This document shows, piece by piece, positions 17,980-29,900 of a stretch of DNA of 64,000 nt. Each line of letters opens with the position of its first letter. The first letter of the stretch is position 1. A program made the position numbers and the translations under genes. The notes under the pieces are model-generated. The model did not search any database, was not told where the DNA came from, and was given only the letters and a program-made list of their open reading frames with translations. Source of the stretch: Alphaproteobacteria bacterium (GTDB lineage: Bacteria > Pseudomonadota > Alphaproteobacteria > UBA828); NCBI GenBank assembly GCA_965200925.1, contig OZ241738.1, forward strand, positions 1,858,291 to 1,922,290. The letters run 5' to 3'.

Positions 17980-20900
17980 GTTTCCGGGGCTCTATTGCCC
18001 CGGCCTCATTGAAGCTGGTTCCGGTGCGCCTCAGCTGAACAATCCCCTGTGCGTTTCCGGGGCTCTATTGCCCCGGCCTCATTGAAGCAGCTCCCAATGC
18101 GGCATGTCGACGATGCTTTGCCAGTCGCGTTTCCGGGGCTCTATTGCCCCGGCCTCATTGAAGCGATGTCCGCGTCGCTGTCGATGTAGGTCTCGCGGTG
18201 TTTCCGGGGCTCTATTGCCCCGGCCTCATTGAAGCCGCGCCGACACGAACATGCAGATCACGGCCGCACGGTGTTTCCGGGGCTCTATTGCCCCGGCCTC
18301 ATTGAAGCGATACCTTGACGGTTGTTGATGAGCGCAAAGTATTCGGTTTCCGGGGCTCTATTGCCCCGGCCTCATTGAAGCCGAGATGTATGGCTATCAG
18401 ATGGGAGCGTTTGATGGGTTTCCGGGGCTCTATTGCCCCGGCCTCATTGAAGCGCTGCCAGTGACGAGACCATGTCTCCCGAGCCCGTGTTTCCGGGGCT
18501 CTATTGCCCCGGCCTCATTGAAGCGCACGGTCGAACAGGTTCGCGCCCGTCTCAAGACGGAGGTTTCCGGGGCTCTATTGCCCCGGCCTCATTGAAGCAC
18601 CATCTGCAGGCCGAAGCCTCTGCTCATCCTGGTGGTTTCCGGGGCTCTATTGCCCCGGCCTCATTGAAGCGTTCCAGGAAACAACTTATCCATCCGGGCG
18701 GCATCGTTTCCGGGGCTCTATTGCCCCGGCCTCATTGAAGCGAGCCTGCTGGTCGTACTGATCCTCCGTCTCCTCGTGGTTTCCGGGGCTCTATTGCCCC
18801 GGCCTCATTGAAGCGTCTCGAGCAGGAGAGAAGATCAAAAATCTTTCCTGGTTTCCGGGGCTCTATTGCCCCGGCCTCATTGAAGCGCGTGTGCGTCGAG
18901 GGCCCTGGCGCCGAGGCCGGTGTGTTTCCGGGGCTCTATTGCCCCGGCCTCATTGAAGCTTAAGGAACACTCACCTCACTAGGTACGACGAGGGTCGTTT
19001 CCGGGGCTCTATTGCCCCGGCCTCATTGAAGCCCGTATATTGCCTGCCGGCTGTAATGATCCCAATCGGTTTCCGGGGCTCTATTGCCCCGGCCTCATTG
19101 AAGCGGTGTCTTCGATACCCTCACCGTTGTCTCTGAACGCGTTTCCGGGGCTCTATTGCCCCGGCCTCATTGAAGCGTCAGCGCCCGCAATGTCCAGCGT
19201 GCGTGTGTCTACGTTTCCGGGGCTCTATTGCCCCGGCCTCATTGAAGCCACGGCTTCGGACATCCGCAGTCCAGTCACCCATCTCGTTTCCGGGGCTCTA
19301 TTGCCCCGGCCTCATTGAAGCCGGCGGCAGCGCGAGACGAAGGTACCAGTGAGCGTCCTCGTTTCCGGGGCTCTATTGCCCCGGCCTCATTGAAGCCTCG
19401 CCCGCGTCTACCCTCCTGCCCTGCTCTTCCGTCGTTTCCGGGGCTCTATTGCCCCGGCCTCATTGAAGCGATCCGCGTCGTACCTGATGTCTAGTCCATT
19501 TGATTGGTTTCCGGGGCTCTATTGCCCCGGCCTCATTGAAGCCTGAAGCCGATAGCGCCCATAGCCTCTCTCGCTGCTCCGTTTCCGGGGCTCTATTGCC
19601 CCGGCCTCATTGAAGCCTTTTGTTGGTGACCCTTCTCAGGTTGAGGTCCAGGTTTCCGGGGCTCTATTGCCCCGGCCTCATTGAAGCCCCGGAGCATGGC
19701 GTCGTGCAGCTTCTCGGCTGCATCGTTTCCGGGGCTCTATTGCCCCGGCCTCATTGAAGCGAAGGTGAATGGGAAGGTGTCATTCGCCTCGCGTCTGTTT
19801 CCGGGGCTCTATTGCCCCGGCCTCATTGAAGCTCGTAGGCATCCTCGATGTCGATACGCGCCTCCGTCGTTTCCGGGGCTCTATTGCCCCGGCCTCATTG
19901 AAGCATCAAGGCACTCTTGCTCGCTTGGCTAAGCTGCTCCCTGTTTCCGGGGCTCTATTGCCCCGGCCTCATTGAAGCGAGTCTGGCGAGGCCTCTAAGG
20001 CGCGTGATCACGCCGTTTCCGGGGCTCTATTGCCCCGGCCTCATTGAAGCGCATAGTCGATTCGGAGGTGCATCATGGCAAAGCGTCGTTTCCGGGGCTC
20101 TATTGCCCCGGCCTCATTGAAGCGAATGCCCCAGGCGGAACATCCCGCCCTTGACGCGGGTTTCCGGGGCTCTATTGCCCCGGCCTCATTGAAGCGCTTC
20201 GCTGAATATCGCTGGGTGTTTGGGAAACAGAAAGTTTCCGGGGCTCTATTGCCCCGGCCTCATTGAAGCAGACGGCGTGTGTCTATATGGAAGGCGCCCG
20301 TCCTGCGTTTCCGGGGCTCTATTGCCCCGGCCTCATTGAAGCGTATCAGGTCTCCCTCGAGGTGGATCCGCCACTCTGGGTTTCCGGGGCTCTATTGCCC
20401 CGGCCTCATTGAAGCCGGACGAGCTCCAGGACGATCTCCGCTTCACGATAGGTTTCCGGGGCTCTATTGCCCCGGCCTCATTGAAGCCTGGCGAACTGGA
20501 TCTCCAGGCGTTGGACATTGACACTGTTTCCGGGGCTCTATTGCCCCGGCCTCATTGAAGCGATGTCGGCATCGCTGTCGATGTAGGTCTCGCGGTTGTT
20601 TCCGGGGCTCTATTGCCCCGGCCTCATTGAAGCACCCCCGTCGTACTTAGTGAGGTGAGTGTTCCTTAAGTTTCCGGGGCTCTATTGCCCCGGCCTCATT
20701 GAAGCGCCACGGCATGGCGTCGACTGCGAGGGACGGCAATGCGTTTCCGGGGCTCTATTGCCCCGGCCTCATTGAAGCGTACTCGTCCGCGTCCCACGTC
20801 CACTTGTCTCCGAAGGTTTCCGGGGCTCTATTGCCCCGGCCTCATTGAAGCTCCCCCGCCTCGAAGCCCACGGTCGCAATGTCGCAGTTTCCGGGGCTCT

Positions 20901-23900
20901 ATTGCCCCGGCCTCATTGAAGCTTCGTTCCGGAGCGTCTCGATCCACCTGAGCGCCTGCGTTTCCGGGGCTCTATTGCCCCGGCCTCATTGAAGCCGATA
21001 GTGTCGCGTGGCAGGAAGTTGCGGCGAGGGCGGTTTCCGGGGCTCTATTGCCCCGGCCTCATTGAAGCCGGGCAACGATGACAACCGTCACCGACGCCCC
21101 CGGCGTTTCCGGGGCTCTATTGCCCCGGCCTCATTGAAGCGCCAGCTTCCGCCGCACGGTCGAGGCGGCGCTCGCCGAGTTTCCGGGGCTCTATTGCCCC
21201 GGCCTCATTGAAGCGCGACGGCCGCCTGTACGGCGTCGGGCTTGCGTGCGTCGTTTCCGGGGCTCTATTGCCCCGGCCTCATTGAAGCGTCCACGTCCCC
21301 GCAGATGTTGATGCGCCAGCACGCCGTTTCCGGGGCTCTATTGCCCCGGCCTCATTGAAGCGACAGCGACGGCGTGTCGGTGACGGGACGAGCTTCCGCG
21401 TTTCCGGGGCTCTATTGCCCCGGCCTCATTGAAGCCCCTATCGCCCGAGCCAGGCGCCGTCACGCCGGCGGGCGGCGTTTCCGGGGCTCTATTGCCCCGG
21501 CCTCATTGAAGCCAGCCATGGTACGACGTGACGGCCGCAGCGGGCGGCGTTTCCGGGGCTCTATTGCCCCGGCCTCATTGAAGCCGCGGGGCTTCGCCTT
21601 AACGTCGTCGGCGGGAAGCTCGGTTTCCGGGGCTCTATTGCCCCGGCCTCATTGAAGCGAGGAATTCTCCCTAACCGTGGAGGACGTGACGGCGCAGTTT
21701 CCGGGGCTCTATTGCCCCGGCCTCATTGAAGCGGGCGCGGGAGGAGGTGGAGGGAGACGCCGTGCGGCTGGGTTTCCGGGGCTCTATTGCCCCGGCCTCA
21801 TTGAAGCGCGGCCTTCGCTTCCGATTGCAGCGTCGCGCGAAGGGTTTCCGGGGCTCTATTGCCCCGGCCTCATTGAAGCGACGCGATGTCCGAAGCGGCA
21901 AGGGCGGCCCACTCCGTTTCCGGGGCTCTATTGCCCCGGCCTCATTGAAGCGTATAGGCGGCGTACAGGTCCCTGTAGATTTCCATCGTTTCCGGGGCTC
22001 TATTGCCCCGGCCTCATTGAAGCCACTGGGGTGCTCATCGGAACGCCCCCCTGCGGAACGGTTTCCGGGGCTCTATTGCCCCGGCCTCATTGAAGCGGAC
22101 CAGGCACGGGCGAGAAGCGCCGAACACGAGAACCCGTTTCCGGGGCTCTATTGCCCCGGCCTCATTGAAGCCGCCGCTCCTGGCTGTGGGGTTCCGTCGC
22201 CGCGACTGTTTCCGGGGCTCTATTGCCCCGGCCTCATTGAAGCTGTGGGCGGCGGGGGGTGGACACATGCGAGCCGATCTGTTTCCGGGGCTCTATTGCC
22301 CCGGCCTCATTGAAGCCGCACCGCGCGCCGCTTCCGGTTCCGCTCCCGCTGCTGTTTCCGGGGCTCTATTGCCCCGGCCTCATTGAAGCGGGGGGCGGGC
22401 GGCCTCACCGCCCGCCCCCGACACGAAGTTTCCGGGGCTCTATTGCCCCGGCCTCATTGAAGCTCAACCTTGCGTGCATGGCTCTCTCCTAGGTCAGGTC
22501 GTTTCCGGGGCTCTATTGCCCCGGCCTCATTGAAGCCTGAGGCGCCCCCGGAACCCCCGGCCCTACGGGCGGCGTTTCCGGGGCTCTATTGCCCCGGCCT
22601 CATTGAAGCAAGCCGATCCGTCGCGATCCCGGTCTTGAGAGATAGCGTTTCCGGGGCTCTATTGCCCCGGCCTCATTGAAGCTGAGATTGCAACCAGGCG
22701 GGGAACCGCGAAGGTGCTGTTTCCGGGGCTCTATTGCCCCGGCCTCATTGAAGCGCTTGCAGACGGCGTGCGAGTTGGCGGCGAGGGCGCGGCGTTTCCG
22801 GGGCTCTATTGCCCCGGCCTCATTGAAGCGCGGGCGGGGGTATCAGCTCCGCCAGGTCGCGCTCGGCGTTTCCGGGGCTCTATTGCCCCGGCCTCATTGA
22901 AGCCGGGATGATTGAAGGAAAGATGGTCGCAACGGATCCCGTTTCCGGGGCTCTATTGCCCCGGCCTCATTGAAGCCGGTGGCCAGCGGCGCAAGGGAAG
23001 CCGGCGGGCCGGGGTTTCCGGGGCTCTATTGCCCCGGCCTCATTGAAGCGCGATGCCGGATTCGCCACGTGGGACGCCTGGTCGCGCACGTTTCCGGGGC
23101 TCTATTGCCCCGGCCTCATTGAAGCCCCTTTGCTGTCAGCACGCAGCATCAGGATCAGCTGCGTTTCCGGGGCTCTATTGCCCCGGCCTCATTGAAGCAC
23201 GTCTATCCCGACAATGCCCATGATGGCGATGTTGTGTTGTTTCCGGGGCTCTATTGCCCCGGCCTCATTGAAGCGCCACCATGGACTCCCAGCGGGTGGG
23301 AATCAGGTGGGTTTCCGGGGCTCTATTGCCCCGGCCTCATTGAAGCCACACCCGCACGCCCGAAGCCCCGCCGCCCGTCCCAGTTTCCGGGGCTCTATTG
23401 CCCCGGCCTCATTGAAGCATTTCTGGTCCCCCCCCGGCCCGGCCTTCCGGTGCCGGCGCGTTTCCGGGGCTCTATTGCCCCGGCCTCATTGAAGCTCGAC
23501 GGGTTCGGGAAGGCGCGGGTTCACCATGTGATAGTTTCCGGGGCTCTATTGCCCCGGCCTCATTGAAGCAGGTCGATCATGTGAAGCCCTTGCGCGATGG
23601 CGGGGCGGTTTCCGGGGCTCTATTGCCCCGGCCTCATTGAAGCTCCCCAGCGGTTTTCGCGAAGTGACAGCCCCGGCAAGTTTCCGGGGCTCTATTGCCC
23701 CGGCCTCATTGAAGCGGAATGGTGCTCCTGCGTGACCGCCCGAACGTCAGCTTCGTTTCCGGGGCTCTATTGCCCCGGCCTCATTGAAGCCTGGGCATGA
23801 AGCGGCATGACGAGACCGCCCAGACCTAGTTTCCGGGGCTCTATTGCCCCGGCCTCATTGAAGCTATCACATGGTGAATCCGCGCCTTCCCGAACCCGTC

Positions 23901-26900
23901 GAGTTTCCGGGGCTCTATTGCCCCGGCCTCATTGAAGCGAGGTTCGAAGGTCTGATTCCGCATGCGGGCGGGGCGTTTCCGGGGCTCTATTGCCCCGGCC
24001 TCATTGAAGCGGCTTGTCCGAATACGGATCACGCAGCACCCGCACGCCGTTTCCGGGGCTCTATTGCCCCGGCCTCATTGAAGCCCAGACGGGAGCCAGC
24101 GCCGCCATTCCCAACGCGCCTTGTTTCCGGGGCTCTATTGCCCCGGCCTCATTGAAGCGGGGAAGGCGCCGCCGCATGGGAGCGGATGGCGCGAGCGGTT
24201 TCCGGGGCTCTATTGCCCCGGCCTCATTGAAGCAAAATCCGCACCCCCGAGCCGACAGACGGACAGATAGGTTTCCGGGGCTCTATTGCCCCGGCCTCAT
24301 TGAAGCCTCCGGCAGGGACGGCTTCCGACGCAGCTTCTCCCCGATGTTTCCGGGGCTCTATTGCCCCGGCCTCATTGAAGCGCACCCTCCGAGGATGCCT
24401 CACACCCGACGGGCGGAAGTTTCCGGGGCTCTATTGCCCCGGCCTCATTGAAGCAAAGCCGTGGGGCGGGTGGCCCTGCTCGATACGGTGAGTTTCCGGG
24501 GCTCTATTGCCCCGGCCTCATTGAAGCATCTGGGCGGCCGTCACGGCAAGGCGGTCGATGTGCAACGTTTCCGGGGCTCTATTGCCCCGGCCTCATTGAA
24601 GCGCAATCGGTGGCGGCGTCGTAAAGGGCCGGCTGCGGCGTTTCCGGGGCTCTATTGCCCCGGCCTCATTGAAGCGCTTCGCTTTCACCCGCCCTTCAAG
24701 GCAAGCCCGACGGTTTCCGGGGCTCTATTGCCCCGGCCTCATTGAAGCAAGACAAGCGCACCGGGGCAAGGCTTCGCGTTCTTGGTTTCCGGGGCTCTAT
24801 TGCCCCGGCCTCATTGAAGCAAATCCATGCGGGCAAGAGTCTCGCGGCTTCCGACGGCGTTTCCGGGGCTCTATTGCCCCGGCCTCATTGAAGCAAAGCC
24901 GTGGGGCGGGTGGCCCTGCTCGATACGGTGAGTTTCCGGGGCTCTATTGCCCCGGCCTCATTGAAGCATCTGGGCGGCCGTCACGGCAAGGCGGTCGATG
25001 TGCAACGTTTCCGGGGCTCTATTGCCCCGGCCTCATTGAAGCGCAATCGGTGGCGGCGTCGTAAAGGGCCGGCTGCGGCGTTTCCGGGGCTCTATTGCCC
25101 CGGCCTCATTGAAGCGCTTCGCTTTCACCCGCCCTTCAAGGCAAGCCCGACGGTTTCCGGGGCTCTATTGCCCCGGCCTCATTGAAGCAAGACAAGCGCA
25201 CCGGGGCAAGGCTTCGCGTTCTTGGTTTCCGGGGCTCTATTGCCCCGGCCTCATTGAAGCGACGACGCCCTGGAATGCGTCGAGCATCACGGACGCAGTT
25301 TCCGGGGCTCTATTGCCCCGGCCTCATTGAAGCATGTGCCAGCGTCCGTTCTGCTTCCAGATTTCGCCCTGTTTCCGGGGCTCTATTGCCCCGGCCTCAT
25401 TGAAGCATGGGGTCGGGTTCCTCAGCGGCGGACTCCAGAAAACGTTTCCGGGGCTCTATTGCCCCGGCCTCATTGAAGCCAATAATACTGGTGTTGTTCA
25501 TGTCTCTGCTCTTGGTGGTTTCCGGGGCTCTATTGCCCCGGCCTCATTGAAGCCCTCTTGAAGGAGAGGTCCTGCTGGCGAGGCACAAGCGTTTCCGGGG
25601 CTCTATTGCCCCGGCCTCATTGAAGCGACCTATAGTAGCCTGATCTGCTTGGAAAAGACGACCGTTTCCGGGGCTCTATTGCCCCGGCCTCATTGAAGCG
25701 CCGTCACCGATCGGGTAGGTGTCGTCCTTCCCGACGTTTCCGGGGCTCTATTGCCCCGGCCTCATTGAAGCTGTGTGACCGGCCACGACTTGCCGTCACA
25801 CTTCTTGGGTTTCCGGGGCTCTATTGCCCCGGCCTCATTGAAGCATCGCACGCTCCAGGAGCGACAGATGTGCCCATCCGATTGTTTCCGGGGCTCTATT
25901 GCCCCGGCCTCATTGAAGCGCGCTGCTGATTGTCAACCGTGCGTGCATGGCTCTCTCGTTTCCGGGGCTCTATTGCCCCGGCCTCATTGAAGCGCGGCCA
26001 TGGGCGTTTCGGGGAGGCGGTCGCCGCCCGGCGTTTCCGGGGCTCTATTGCCCCGGCCTCATTGAAGCCATCGACCATGACGCCGACACCACGATCACGA
26101 ACAACCCGAGGTTTCCGGGGCTCTATTGCCCCGGCCTCATTGAAGCCAGCGTCCGTTCTGCTTCCAGATTTCGCCGTCACCGAGTTTCCGGGGCTCTATT
26201 GCCCCGGCCTCATTGAAGCGTCGAGGATGGCGCCTCAGTCGCCTTGGTAGCCTCGGTTTCCGGGGCTCTATTGCCCCGGCCTCATTGAAGCCCGCTTCTC
26301 CGCGTCGGCAATCTCGACGTCCAGGGCCGTTTCCGGGGCTCTATTGCCCCGGCCTCATTGAAGCGACGCCGGCATGACGTGGGCCGGAAGCCCCGACAAC
26401 CGTTTCCGGGGCTCTATTGCCCCGGCCTCATTGAAGCGTACGACGCTTTCGTTGGGTCCGCTGGCGATCTTGCCGGGTTTCCGGGGCTCTATTGCCCCGG
26501 CCTCATTGAAGCGCACAGTTCCCGGTATCGCTCGTCGGGCAGCCCTTCGTTTCCGGGGCTCTATTGCCCCGGCCTCATTGAAGCTCCGAGCAGACGCTGA
26601 GGGTCGCCTAGCCCCGTGTGAGTTTCCGGGGCTCTATTGCCCCGGCCTCATTGAAGCGGCGTGTGGGACGGGCGGCGGGGCTTCGGGCGTGCGTTTCCGG
26701 GGCTCTATTGCCCCGGCCTCATTGAAGCGCACGCTTGCGCCGGCGGAGCGGGGTTGGTGGTACGGTTTCCGGGGCTCTATTGCCCCGGCCTCATTGAAGC
26801 AGCTTGGACGCCAGGGCCTCGGCCTTTTCACGGGCCTGTTTCCGGGGCTCTATTGCCCCGGCCTCATTGAAGCGCCAGATGGCGACTCCGCCGCCGCTGG

Positions 26901-29900
26901 CGCGCGCGCTGTTTCCGGGGCTCTATTGCCCCGGCCTCATTGAAGCATCTCGTCCGCGCCCGGCGGATCGGCGCCGAGCAGCGTTTCCGGGGCTCTATTG
27001 CCCCGGCCTCATTGAAGCCCGCCCATGGAGGAAGCACACGGCGGGGGTGGTCGGATGAGTTTCCGGGGCTCTATTGCCCCGGCCTCATTGAAGCCTGGAT
27101 CGTGACCCGGCCTTCACGACTCACCGGTTGGGCCGTTTCCGGGGCTCTATTGCCCCGGCCTCATTGAAGCGGGTGCTGTAGAGCGTTCCGTCCATCACAG
27201 CACCTTTGTTTCCGGGGCTCTATTGCCCCGGCCTCATTGAAGCACGAACTCGCTCGATCTCGACGACGATTCACACGGTGTTTCCGGGGCTCTATTGCCC
27301 CGGCCTCATTGAAGCCATCAAGCCCGCGAGCCCGGCAGCACGAGCCGGTTCGTTTCCGGGGCTCTATTGCCCCGGCCTCATTGAAGCCAAGAAGGGACTC
27401 AAGACTGTCGGCAATTTCCTCAAGGTTTCCGGGGCTCTATTGCCCCGGCCTCATTGAAGCACCGGCTCGAACACGGCCTGCCTCCGCTGGCGCCGCCGTT
27501 TCCGGGGCTCTATTGCCCCGGCCTCATTGAAGCTGCCGCCTCAATTGAAGCGTGAGTTCCAGCAGTCTGCGTTTCCGGGGCTCTATTGCCCCGGCCTCAT
27601 TGAAGCTCGGTTTCGTGCCATAAGTTTGTCTCCGATGGTCGGGTTTCCGGGGCTCTATTGCCCCGGCCTCATTGAAGCCGCAACCAGCAATGGAGCGTCG
27701 CCGCTCATGAGGCGGTTTCCGGGGCTCTATTGCCCCGGCCTCATTGAAGCACGGGGCCGACGCCAAGCCCGACGCGAGCGAGTGAGTTTCCGGGGCTCTA
27801 TTGCCCCGGCCTCATTGAAGCCTGTGCCTTCCGGGCCGCGTCCTTGGCGCGCCGGGCCGCGTTTCCGGGGCTCTATTGCCCCGGCCTCATTGAAGCCGGC
27901 CCAGGATTTTGTAGACGCCCCACGGTGACAACCGTTTCCGGGGCTCTATTGCCCCGGCCTCATTGAAGCCGCCGTCGGCATGTCAACATAGGAGCGTATC
28001 AGGGTCGGTTTCCGGGGCTCTATTGCCCCGGCCTCATTGAAGCGGGATCGTCGGGCACGGGGATCACGTGGCCCCGTGGCGTTTCCGGGGCTCTATTGCC
28101 CCGGCCTCATTGAAGCGTGTACCTGGCCATGCTAGATGTCCTTGGCCAGTGCCGTTTCCGGGGCTCTATTGCCCCGGCCTCATTGAAGCGATGCAGGCTG
28201 TCGGCGCGGGCCCCGGTCCCATGGGGGTTTCCGGGGCTCTATTGCCCCGGCCTCATTGAAGCGGTGTATGATCTACTCTGTGAGTGCGAGCGAACTATCG
28301 TTTCCGGGGCTCTATTGCCCCGGCCTCATTGAAGCCTCCTGTGCTGTATGAGGAGGCTTCCTATCTCGACACCGTTTCCGGGGCTCTATTGCCCCGGCCT
28401 CATTGAAGCTGATGATGCACGCTGCCCGGCGGATCTGCTCGCCGTCGTTTCCGGGGCTCTATTGCCCCGGCCTCATTGAAGCGATCTTCGCGGGTGTCTG
28501 AATGTCTTATCGTCCCTCTCGTTTCCGGGGCTCTATTGCCCCGGCCTCATTGAAGCTTTGGGCCGGGGGGGGGGGTGGACATATGCGATCCGATCTGTTT
28601 CCGGGGCTCTATTGCCCCGGCCTCATTGAAGCGGGGATGTGGGCGCTCCTCGCCTGCGGAGTCGCGTTGTTTCCGGGGCTCTATTGCCCCGGCCTCATTG
28701 AAGCGCGCGCCGGCGACGGTCATCAACGGCCCCGCCAGCATGCGGTTTCCGGGGCTCTATTGCCCCGGCCTCATTGAAGCGTGTCGGGGGCGGGCGGTGA
28801 GGCCGCCCGCCCCCGAAGGTTTCCGGGGCTCTATTGCCCCGGCCTCATTGAAGCTTGGTCTGTGTGGCATTCCTGCCACACCTGTGTCCTTGTTTCCGGG
28901 GCTCTATTGCCCCGGCCTCATTGAAGCGTGCGCGAGGGCGCCGCGTGACCTGCCTGGACTCCTCGTTTCCGGGGCTCTATTGCCCCGGCCTCATTGAAGC
29001 CGACGACATCGTCGACGACCACCGCGCGATCCGCATCGTTTCCGGGGCTCTATTGCCCCGGCCTCATTGAAGCTCCGGGGTGCTCGCCACGCGGCGGCGC
29101 TCGGTCGCCGGTTTCCGGGGCTCTATTGCCCCGGCCTCATTGAAGCCACAAGGCGGGCGTGCAGGCTCGGGGTCATGACGAAGTTTCCGGGGCTCTATTG
29201 CCCCGGCCTCATTGAAGCCCCCCCACCACGACGCCCCCACGCCATCGCCCGCCGGTTTCCGGGGCTCTATTGCCCCGGCCTCATTGAAGCCGTGTCAGTC
29301 ACCATCTTCGCCCGTGCCTCGCGCGCGTTTCCGGGGCTCTATTGCCCCGGCCTCATTGAAGCGCCTTGCCCCCGCCCAGGCAGTCTCGCTGTTGATGCGT
29401 TTCCGGGGCTCTATTGCCCCGGCCTCATTGAAGCCCGCTCGCCTCGCCCCCCTCTACCAGGCGCTGGCGGATGTTTCCGGGGCTCTATTGCCCCGGCCTC
29501 ATTGAAGCAAGCAAGCAACCAGCGGATCGATCTTGCCCGAAGCCCCGTTTCCGGGGCTCTATTGCCCCGGCCTCATTGAAGCCATCACGAGTTCGTGTGC
29601 GGCTCTGGCAACCAGACGTTTCCGGGGCTCTATTGCCCCGGCCTCATTGAAGCGTAGTACTTCGACTCGGTGTCGGACGGCTTGAGAATGTGTTTCCGGG
29701 GCTCTATTGCCCCGGCCTCATTGAAGCTCGTCATAGTCGTAGACCCCCCGGCCTTGAAGGCGGGTTTCCGGGGCTCTATTGCCCCGGCCTCATTGAAGCG
29801 CGTGACGGCGCACCCGCCCGGACTTCAAGCCGCGCCGTTTCCGGGGCTCTATTGCCCCGGCCTCATTGAAGCCTGTGGGGTGACGATGCCGACGGCGCCG

